This document shows positions 51,060 through 61,694 of a DNA stretch of 64,000 bases, one piece after another. Position 1 is the first letter of the stretch. The number at the start of each line of letters is the position of its first letter. The notes under the pieces were generated by a model. The model did not search any database, had not been told where the DNA came from, and saw only the letters and a program-made list of their open reading frames with translations. The stretch spans positions 3,294,954-3,358,953 of the forward strand of contig CM120644.1 in assembly GCA_051362555.1 (NCBI GenBank). The letters are read 5' to 3'. The position numbers and the translations under genes were made by a program. Source of the DNA: Lingula anatina (Eukaryota > Animalia > Brachiopoda).

Positions 51060-53163
51060 TGCTCTAGGTAAAAAGTGAGAGAAACAGCAAGTAGGAGAAA
51101 GAAAGAGAGAGGGAATTTCCAATTATTTTCACCATCATGAATAGATTGAAATAAATGAAATACATCTAAACAGAGAAATAAATGCTTGAGTTTACAACGA
51201 AAATAATTGCTGTTCACTAAAAGAGCTGCAAGCACAACAACTGCGTTTGAGTGGCTTACCTGATGCATTAGAGAGCATAGAATACTTTTTTTATTTACAG
51301 TAATCTGCAGTTTGTTTTGTTTGTTTCTATGGAAGTGCAGTGTGACGTCACAGTCTGCATATGTCGTCACGCGCAGGAGGATGCATAGCGTCATGATGCC
51401 TGTAACGTAGACAGGTGACACTCAGTTACAAGACTCCTTTCTTGGCGTACCGTGCTATTCATACATTTTTTAATTTGATTTATTTCACACTTAAAGTGTG
51501 AATTATAGTCTATAAAATATTTTTTAAAAATATTATAGATACACGGATGGCTCAAAAAGGTGAAAACACTTATTTGCACATTACGGTCAATATAGGTATG
51601 AACTGGTGACTATAGCAACAATAAGAGATTTTAATCTTAAAAGACTAGTAATAGTAGTAAAAAAATTAATAAAACATAAAAAGCCTTGCCTCTTAACTTT
51701 TGAGGACATAAAAGTAAAATTGAAAAATTATAATACAAAATCATGTCAGGGAAATCGGGGATATGTAGGGCCTAAAAGCAGATGTTCAAAATGCAAAAAT
51801 CGCCACACTCCGGCATTTTGAAGCGTCAGGGGGCGTCAGGGGGCAAGCCGTGGAGAAGACAGGCTTGAGTCAAGGCTATATACATGCATGTAGTTTGGGC
51901 GTGGGGGCCCAAGGACAGAAAATTCAAGATTATGTCTCATATTTTAAATGAAATGTTTACATGAAAAATCACAAGCTTAAAAATGTTGGAAACTTGGCAT
52001 TATAAAGTGGTAGGTCTATAGGCCTACGAGTGTCGTAAACGTAAGCATTTGGCAGAAAATTATCGTGACCATAGCCATTTGAACAAAGCAAATGTTTACC
52101 TTTCAGAACACAGTTTGGGCATTAATGTTATTGTTGTATTCTCATAATTTAAAGTGTTTGTTGTAGGCGTATTAATATTGACATGTGCATGTTTCGTCAG
52201 AGACAAAACATCTCGTAGGCAAAATGACAACAATTTACTTATTTACTCCGGTTCATAAGTTTTTATTTATTTTATTTTTTATTTTATTTTTATTTATTTA
52301 TTTATTTTTATTTTGTATCATGTTCCAAATATGTTGTAGCAAGGAGTTATAACAGTCTGTTATATCTGCGTGGTTGTAGTGATTCAGTCATGGTATATTA
52401 TAGCTGACGTAAGGACGTCTTTTAAAATAAACTTTATAAACTGTAACTCAGGGGACTTCGAGTCAAGACTTAAACATAGGTAACTTATGTTCCCCCAAAA
52501 AAAGTCCGGAAAAAAGGTTATTCTGGTCCACGCACTTGTCGACTGAAACACATATAATGTTTTTATGTGTAGTTTGACATTTCTTACATAATTTTTGCAC
52601 CACGAATAAAAAAAAATTTCATTTAAGTTTTGGGTGTATTAAAGTGTTGAATGCCACAGCACAAGGAGAATGCTGCATTGATTGCTATAACATCCTGTGA
52701 CGAATCTATAGACCACAAAATGTGACCCTTACAATATTAATTGAACAATGCAGTCTTCACGTAAAAAGGAGCTGCTTACTTTTCCGGTCACCACCTCTCT
52801 ACCCTAAAGCGTGGTGTTTTTAATGGGTAGGCCCCTATAATATTAATTTATTGAAGTGTGAAGCATGGCTAGTAAATGCATTTTGGGCATAATGACGGAT
52901 CCACTTTTTAATTCAGCTTAAATCAAGAAGCACTCCAAAGCTACTGTATCACGGCAACGTCAGCTACATTCACATTCATTTGCTCGTACCAAAAAATATA
53001 ATATCCTCCCAGTGCTACATGTATGTTCTTAAAGTCATTGTGTTTAAAGGTACGGTCTACTCTATACGGGATTTACAGTACCAATTTTTTTCCTTCGGAA
53101 AAGAAAAGGCACTTTTCCTTACACAGGAATCATTGCTCAACCTGTTCCTGCACTCGGAGTCTA

Positions 53164-53378
53164 TGGCTCTATTCCCATAGATTTTAGATCGATCTATCCT
53201 CGCGGGGAGTCTCACTAGATTACTTTCAGATAATCCGACTTAAATGTCCGTCCCGCCTACTACAAGCTGTAAGGGGTAATTAACTTTCGTGTCCGCCCGG
53301 CTGACAGCTATTTAGCGTGAACCCCCAGGGAGTTAGGTCGATCTAAAGTAAGTCGATCTAATCTATGGAAATGGGGTG
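53164..53378 (+). mobile_element. MITE family A, copy 4, TA target duplication, empty site in duplicate copy A
   Basis: Copy B reads ggagtcTA[element]TAtgc; the homologous site in copy A near 48225-48240 reads ggagtcgatgttt with no insert. Confidence 0.92.
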
Positions 53379-53959
53379 TATGCTTAATTCCATTTTGAAA
53401 TAATCATTTAGTTCTAAATGGCTGGCCAGTCAATTAGAACTAACAGTTTTTTGGCACTTTATTTTGACCGATTTGAAGTTTTTAGGATAAGAATTGGGAA
53501 TGATAGTTGTGCAAGAAATGTACACATAGAAAAAATTATAAAACACGCCGAATAGGCCTATATCGATATAAATGTAACCGGTGCTGCCACTATTGCGGTC
53601 GGTATTACTGACTATAGACGCAATAGTTCAGCAATTACAATAGTCAGTAATTTGGAATTGAAATAGTATCATACAGTAGGCCTATGATTTAAAAACTGAC
53701 AAATAGGCCCCACTAAAATGTGGAGTACAGAATTTTTATATTTAAATCAATATCAGTAGGCCTTCTCTGTTTTGCCAGCCGAAGTACCGATACGTTTAGA
53801 ACCAACTTCCCCACTGGAAACTTGTCTTTCTTAAGTTGTAAAGGGATTTCTAAATAGGCCTACATTTAGTTATTATTTTAATATTTATCTATGTACAAGT
53901 GTATGTCTTGTTAACCGTTTTTTAGCATAGCCTACGTATTTACTATGTTATAGCTGCAA

Positions 53960-53990
<31 letters not shown>

Positions 53991-54057
53991 AATAAATATT
54001 CAAGTTGTAAGAAATATTAAAAGGTCCAAATTCTCATTTTTTACAATGCAAATACTA

Positions 54058-55786
54058 TTACAGCGATGAATGAGCGATTTTCTTCTCATTTTCTACAGTG
54101 TCTTTAAGTCGATCGCTCATCAATAGAAGGTTTTCGTGAATTGTTCCGGCAATTTGTAGATGGCGCTGCTCACGCCTAGGACTTGCGTCGTGAGGTATCA
54201 AAGGTGACCTCTCTGCACGTGACCCTGACCTTGAACCTCGGCGTTCGGCACGTGACTTCAAACCCCGCCAACTGGGATGTCTGTCACCGCTGTCTGAGTG
54301 CAAACTAGACTTGTAACTTAAACCTTTCGGATCTTCGTTGCTAACTGTTGAAGATTCATGAGGTTGATTTGTTTTTCCCTGCAGGTTGTTTTGTTTTTGA
54401 GTGTCCAGAGCCGCCAAAGTAAAACTTGAAAACAGTGACGTCATGTGTAGACCTGGAAGCAGTTTCTATGACATTACCGATGTATTATAATCTTCACAGA
54501 CATTTAAGCGTGATCGGTTTTAGTGGCAACCCCAGAATCCAATAACTCCCACCCCACCCGTAATTTACTTTTATTTTTCAAAAAGGCAATCTTTTTTTTA
54601 ATTTTGCTTTATGTCCTGAATCCACCTTCCCACCCCCTCGCCTGGTTTTACTCTCTTTCAGAGGCCCTTCTAGCGCTTAAAAATTAGATGTTCACCTTAC
54701 ATTGGCGATATGGCAATTGATGTTCCACTGATGTCAAAATCAATTAGCATTTCAGTCTAAAAGTTAGGACCAATTGTCAGGCTAAACTCTTTTGTAAAAC
54801 AGAAACCAGGGCCAGGCGACCGAGCGCAAACTTCTCGATTCCATAACTCGCCCATACTCGCCCCATATAATACATTGTAGCCTCTATATGATATCACTAT
54901 TCGCAATACGCGATGCTTTCGAGTTACGGGGCCCAGTTCTTTCCTACTTACTGCCTTCACTGCATTCTTTCAAGTCCGACACAGTGATGGCGCCTACTTT
55001 CTTGCGCCACTTCTTCGCATGTTTGGTTGCCGCCGCCAAGCCTGTCTTGGTAGTCTTCTTCGCTCCACGAATCACCCTGCAGCAGATGTATTACTTTGTT
55101 CATTTAGAGGAATGAATTTTACAGTTAATGACTGATGAAACCTTTATGTCAAAGAGTCAACCAGTGCAAGTAAAAGGGCCAAACAGCACAACTAATGGAA
55201 AGTTACGGCTAGCAACAAGAGAGATTAGTTATCATACTTTTATGAGGAGGTAATGGAAAATCTGTATTAATGGAAGTCGTGAACTTTGGTCCACTAAGAC
55301 ACAATCACCAATTACGCAATTACATTACTATGATTGATGGCTTATTTTGCTAAGTTGTCGAAAAATGAAATTATAATAGATATTACGTAAGAGCGGTAGA
55401 CATCACACCATTACCAAATTAGGTAATTTTACTAAATTGACGGGAAGCTTAGAATAAAAAGTTGTTGAAACCAAAGAATATCTGTGATGATTCATGATAT
55501 TCCCTATCTACATATACATTATAATTTAATTGTGAGATTTATTTTATTTTATTTTATTTTATTTTATTTTATTTTATTAATTATTTATTATTTTATTTGA
55601 GAATATATTTGCCAACCTTTTTCGGGGTGTCACACAGCACAAACATAGGAGGAAATCAAAAGCAATCACTGGCAGTAAAACCAATACGGCTAACCCACAG
55701 ATGACGACAGCAATCACTGCCAATACGGCTAACCCAGAGATGACGACAGCAATCACTGGCAGTAAAACCAATGCGGTTAAAAGCAT
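54058..55786 (-). pseudogene. Damaged paralogue (copy B) of the 244-aa membrane-protein gene
   Basis: Homologous exons at 55786-55617, about 55088-54950 and 54452-54058. A deletion of about 340 bp relative to copy A removes the middle exon's acceptor and 5' end. An indel in the last exon shifts the C-terminal frame. The TM exon is internally triplicated. Confidence 0.6.
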
Positions 55787-57394
55787 TGATCTAGGTAAAA
55801 AGTGAGAGAAACGTCACGTAGGTGAACGTTAGAGAAACTGCAAGTAGGAGAAAGCAAGTAGGAGTTTCCAATTATTTTCACCATCATGAATTGAGTGAAT
55901 TAAATGAAGTACATGAAAATAGAAACATACATGTTTGAGTTGACAACGAAAATACATGTAATTGCTGTTTACTAATAGAGCTGCAAGCACAAATGCATTT
56001 ATTTAACTTACCTGATGCGTTAAAGAGCATAGATTACATTTTTGAGTTATTGAATGATTTTATCCGCAGTTATTTTGTTTGTTACTATGGAAGTGCAGTG
56101 TGACGTCACAATCTGCCAATGACGTCACGTGCACTAGTATGCATAGTGTCATGATGCGTGTAACGTAGACCGGTGACAGTCTGTAACAAGGCTCTTTTCT
56201 TGGCTTATATATACATTTCTTTTATTTTGATTTAATATGATTTATCTTATGCTTGAAATGTGAATTATAAAATATATTATAACATATATTTAAATACACG
56301 GATGGCTCAAGAAAGTGAAAACCCTTATTTTCATAGTACAGTCCATATAGTTATGGTTTGGTGACTATAGCAACAATAAGAGATAAAGACTAGTAACAAC
56401 AGTAAAAAAATTAATAGGACATAAAAGGCCCTGCCTCTTAACTTTTGACGACATAAAAGTGTTATTTAAAAATTGTAATACAAAATCATGTCAGGGAAAT
56501 CGTGGATATCTAAAAGCATATATCCAGGTACTTCAAATTGCGAAAATCACCACACTTCCAGTATTTTGTCCGCCAAAACACAAGACTTACCGAGGTTCGA
56601 AGCGTCAGGGGGCAAGCTGTAGAGCAGACGGACTCGAGTCAGGGCTATTTAGTTTGGGCGTGGGGCCCACTCTTCGCGGTCTGCAAGTACAGTAATTTCA
56701 AGTGGCATATTTTAAGTGAAATGTTTACATGAAAACGCAAGCTTAAAAATGTTAGAAACGTGGCATTATAAAGTGGTAGGCCTATAGGCCTACGAGTGTC
56801 GTAAACGTAAGCAATTTGCAGAAAATGATCGTGACCATGACCATTTTAACAAAGCAAATGTGTAACTTTCAGAACACAGTTTTTAGCATAAATATTAATG
56901 TTGTATTCCCATAATTTAAAGTGTTTGTTGTATTGACATGTGCCTGTTTCGTCGGAGACATAACATCTCGTACGCAAACCGACAACAATTTTCTTATGCT
57001 CGGGATCAAAAGTTTTTATTATTTATTTATTTATTTATTTTGTATCATGTTCCAAATATGCTGTAGTGATTCAGTTATTGTAAATTATAGGTGAGGTAAG
57101 GACGTCTTTTAAAATAAACTTTATAAACTGTAACTCAGGGGACTTCGCGTCAAGACTAAAACATAGGTAATTTATGTTCCCCAAAAAAATGTCCGGAAAA
57201 AAGCTTGTTCTGGTCCAAGCACTTGTCGACTGAAACACATATAGTGTTTTCATGTGTAGTTTGACATTTCTTACATAATTTTTGCATCGCGAATAAAAAA
57301 ATTTAATTTAAGGTTTCTTTTGTTGTCATCATGCTGTTTTTTTTTTTTTCTTTCTTTAATATTCAGTGACAAAAAAATCTAAAATGACACAAAA

Positions 57395-57480
57395 CCGTTC
57401 TGCACATGCGCATTGAGGTAGATTGAAAGAAGTAACTTCCGGTATGACGATGTCGTCCTAAGTAGGCGCTATGTTTGCAC
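57395..57480. promoter_or_regulatory. Candidate promoter (NRF1-like CATGCGCA, ETS ACTTCCGGT) with no assigned gene
   Basis: The motifs lie at about 57405-57442, at the start of a CpG-enriched stretch just right of the duplication. Confidence 0.35.
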
Positions 57481-58327
57481 TGAACTATGATTTTCCAATT
57501 CATAATTCAGTGGTTTTCGTCATGAGAGAGTATGTTTTTGATAATCTTATTACTACAGTATTGGGGGGAATGTTGGAAGTGAGCTTTTGATCGTGACTGA
57601 ACTGTTTTGCTCTGTGTGAAAAACGTGGCAGATCTAAGACTCGTAGTATAAATCTTTTCACTCTACAATGTTCTTTCAATTCAGAGTTCAGTCATTTTCA
57701 TTAAAAAGAAATTGTGTTTGATAATACTACAACTTTCTCTGCGGGGAAATGTTAGAAATGCATGTGCAGCTACGTACTGTAAGTCAACAGACTGCTACCC
57801 CCGCGTGAATAATCCGTCAGAACGGTTTAATCACGACGACGGTTTCTTCACGTGACACCGGACAGTCCAAAGTGAAGTTGTATGATATTAGTTGTGTGCG
57901 CTGTTGCGTGGCACGCATTCGCACTGGATGACCTGATGTGACCTGACAAGAAATAAAAACACGGTGCATTCTGTTGTCTTATGACGCGAAAGTGGTTTTT
58001 AAATATCAATCAAGTGTGACTGATAAGTATGAACGAATTACTGTAAATGAGAGCATGAACAGCAGTGAAGCGTTTGAAAATGCAGGCAAGCATGTTAGCA
58101 AAAGACAAATGCAATTATCCTAACGTGTGACGCTTGACCGGAAAATGCCTTAGGCCCTTAGTCCCGATTTTCTTTACTTTAGTTCAGATTTAAATGTGTG
58201 ACGTGAGTATAATATTCATTGATAGCTACAGAGAAGAGTTTGGGATTTGATGAAAACAATACAGTGCCATTAGGTTACTGACAGTATTAGGGTAAGTATT
58301 TCTCTATACTTGTGGACAACGGAGTAA

Positions 58328-58413
58328 TGACATTTTTTCTTTGATAAAAAGTATTTAAGTAGAGAGAAAAAAAAGAAAAGAAAAATATTAGCCAAAGGCA
58401 CATGTGAATACCT

Positions 58414-58465
<52 letters not shown>

Positions 58466-58756
58466 ATATGCGGCCTTGGTAAAGATTTGATTAGAATAGT
58501 ACCTGGAGAAACTTTCTCTTTTTAAAATAATTTTCTCAAGGCATCATCTGAAATACATGACATTTTTTTCGTCGATAAAAATTTTCTCAGTAGAGAAAGA
58601 ATGAAAAATATAAGCCAAAGACACATGTGAATACCTAGTAAGAAATCAATATGCGGCCGTGGTAAAGAGTAGATGAGAATGGTACCGGCAGAAACTTTCT
58701 CTTTTTTAGATAATTTTTGTACGGTACATCCCTCAAGGCATCATCTGAAATACACG
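58328..58756 (+). repeat. Two-copy tandem repeat (about 200-230 bp units), first unit expanded by poly-A
   Basis: tgacattttt..agccaaag.cacatgtgaatacctag..atatgcggcc.tggtaaaga..ctcaaggcatcatctgaaatac occurs twice. Confidence 0.85.
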
Positions 58757-59096
58757 CGATCGCAATAGATGTATTCATAATTGCTGTCTGTTTTGATACA
58801 TGTACCAGCCCCTCGGTATGTTTAATTTTATTACACATTTTAGTCTAAAAACTCTGAGTCTAAAAATTGATTAAGTTCCAGGGCAAAATACCTGAGTTTG
58901 AGGACTTATTCATTGTTATTGGCAGTCCAGCATTGAAGGACGCTCGAACAGCTAGCGTCATTAGTGCTTATATTCTATTTGCACAGCATCCATTCACCAC
59001 ACTGGTCTGTTGTCTACTTGAAAAGACGCAATGTTCCGTGAAAACACATATCGATTTGAATAAGCATCATGGCGTTGGGATGGACCGACAACCTTA

Positions 59097-59704
59097 GTAC
59101 CCCCGTCACACTAGAGGAGGAATGAGCAAGAATGCCGCCGGAAAGACAATTCTTTGTACGTTCCTGGATATTCGAAGAGCATTCTAAAAATTCCGAGTGC
59201 ATTCCAAATATTTTTACCCATTCTTGTGGCCGGCCCGAATATTTTGCTCATTTTAAAAACTTTCGAAGTGCATTCCAATTGGAAAATTATCGAATGGCAT
59301 TTGAATAGTATTCTAAACTGCACTATGACTGCATTCTAAATATTCTCACGGCATTCCGAAGCATTCTAAACATTCTGATCACATTCGAGGGAGAACCGAA
59401 ATGGCAAGACACTTCAAATCCTGCTAGAATAAGCCAGAATGCAACTCGAATGCATCTCGATCCTATTTCAGCCAGCAATCGAACTATACTCATACAGCAT
59501 TCGAAGTGTATTCTAAATATTCTAACTGCATTCTGAAAGCATTATTCCAGGCGGATTCAAGCGCATTCTGAGTATGCCAACGACATTCTTACAAAAGTTT
59601 AGGTCAATTTGAAATTTCTTCCCAAATGTAGTACGAATTTTTAAATTTAGTCATTCCGGCTGGTTCTGCTTCATTCCTGCTGATTCCGAAGTGTGACGGG
59701 GGCT
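59097..59704. mobile_element. About 600-bp PIF/Harbinger-like non-autonomous element with internal CATTC/GAATG repeats
   Basis: TIR cccccgtcacact / agtgtgacggggg, TTA on both flanks, and many attcta/attcga/gaat units inside. Confidence 0.8.
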
Positions 59705-60370
59705 TTAACTCATTTCCTTTCTTCATTATGATGAGACCCAATAGAGGATTCCCATCGCAGGAAACTGATTCTTGTTTGCTGGAATCATAACGGATAAAAC
59801 ATTCATATTTCAATTCACTTTTTATGGTTTCATATTTTACGGATATAACATTTAAAAATTCTGAAGGACCGATCGGGAACTAAATTCCTTGACTGATGCG
59901 TCCTTTCTAACTATTGGTCGCATATAGAAACGGCGTTTGGAAGGGTCATGTGAATAATATTCAAAATTTTAAAGAAAATATCTTTCGTGTGACGGGTCGG
60001 CATAATGTCGATTTTGCCTTGGGGCACTTTTGTCGCCTTGTGAATATATTATTGCAAGCCTACCAGGAATTCAGAATTATTTCTACCAATTAAAGAAATA
60101 TTCCTCTGTTATATAGGCCGCCATCTCCACCACTTACACGAAAATCGATATTTATTATAAAAGAAAACACAATACGTGTTCAACGCTCCACTGGTACTCT
60201 AATACATTCCGCGTTCATCAGCTGGTGTCACGTTTCGGCAGGACCCTCAGGACCCCGTGATTAATGTAATTGGTCATTCATAGCGCCAGGGTTAAAGGAC
60301 CGTTTTTTTTTTCAAAAGCCAGACAGCGCCCGATAAGGACAAATAATTTTTTAAGCTTCACCTGAACTCC

Positions 60371-61153
60371 ATGTCGCGTAAAACTCAGCGCCTCGCACTA
60401 GATGAAAATAACAAAAGAAATTCACAGTTGTTGAACTTGTAGCCTTGAATGCGTGGTGGGAAAGGTGGGGAATGGAGTCTCTCTGGTACGTTTTTGGCTA
60501 GGTACCATTCCCAGATCCTGTCGTCGGCAAATTTGGAAAAAAGGCTGACGAAAAAACTAGAGGGTGCTATTGAGGGGTGCAGAACGATTTGAATGCATGA
60601 GCACATGAAAAAAAAAAAAAAAACAATTACATCGACGTTGATACCAAAAGTGAACGAAATAAAAAATCTCCATGCAACAATTTTAAGATACTCACACGAA
60701 AATCCATAGGATTATTATATAAAAAAAAAACTTACCCGAGGGAACCAGGGAAAACAAAGACCCACAGGCCCTTAAGCAAAGTGTGAATTCCCTTATAAGC
60801 CTACAGTACGGTTTGAATATCAAACACGACCGCCTTGAAAAAGCCGAACGAAAAATTACAAGAAGAAAAGGCCCAGGCAAAGTTGTTGTCACGCTCTCTA
60901 GTCTAGAACAGAAAAATTAAATGTTGAAAAAACAAACAGAAACTAAAAAATAGTAATGATTATCATAGAGTGTATATTGAGGAAGAAATTAGAGAGGGGA
61001 AACAGAAAATGAATTCCAAATGGTTTTTAAAGCAAAAACAGAAAGGAATTACTTTTGCTTGGGTGTAAGCAAGGAGTTATAACAGAGTATGCAAGGAGTT
61101 ATAACAGAGTCATAACCTGCAACATTGACCCTGAAAACTTTCCACCCAGCTTG

Positions 61154-61213
<60 letters not shown>

Positions 61214-61290
61214 GGTCACCAAAACATGGGAAGTATAATAATTTGTGGTGACTTCAATGTGCGCTGCTGACCAGATCAAGATAATAGGGG
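60371..61290 (+). mobile_element. Decayed non-LTR retrotransposon (LINE) relic with ORF1 and APE-endonuclease fragments
   Basis: About 60729-60990 translates, with a stop and a frameshift, to NLPEGTRENKDPQALKQSVNSLI...AERK..GPGKVVVTLSSLEQK..KNKQKLKNSNDYHRVYIEEE, which is ORF1 RRM-like. 61211-61267 gives HQNMGSIIICGDFNVRC, the APE GDFN motif. A (TA)n tract interrupts the relic. Confidence 0.7.
61158..61210. repeat. (TA)n microsatellite within the LINE relic
   Basis: Direct inspection. Confidence 0.97.
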
Positions 61291-61694
61291 CCCTCTGATG
61301 ACAAGGGCCTCTTAAATAGCGGGCCTAAGCAAAATAAAAGAAAGAACCGGCACAATAATTTTGTAACAGGCTGTCGAACCCCACAGGTGGCAGCGTAATA
61401 ACCTAACATTAAGTGCACGCATTGAGAAAGGTAACTAAAGCAGACACAGTGGCTCTCCATCTAAACACATTTAATTTATTTACAGCTGTCTGGTCACCGA
61501 CTGACACCGGGGTCATTGAGGTTGGTCATAGTGAAAAACGATAAAAAGGGCGGTCGGGCGTATAACAATCGCAACACAATTATTTGTTTTCTCTTTATAT
61601 TTTGGGTCTTTTTCTCGGACAGCTGCTTCTAAGACATGCGGACTCCTCTAGTTCTATAGCGGACAAGGAGGGATGTTGTGGAATTAGTTTTAAA

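Larger units (their letters stand above)
48091..52628 (+). repeat. Tandem segmental duplication, copy A (about 4.5 kb)
   Basis: Colinear with 53011-57314, from gctacatgtatgttc..gtgtttaaaggtac to gaataaaaaaa..tttaag, with many substitutions and indels. Confidence 0.93.
53011..57314 (+). repeat. Tandem segmental duplication, copy B (about 4.3 kb)
   Basis: Colinear with 48091-52628. It carries two MITE insertions absent from A and a deletion of about 340 bp. Confidence 0.93.

Noticed and set aside
59097-59704. Regularly recurring CATTC/GAAT units, superficially CRISPR-like
   Set aside because: There is no constant repeat with unique spacers. The context is eukaryotic and the units are enclosed by TIRs with TTA flanks, so this is a DNA transposon.
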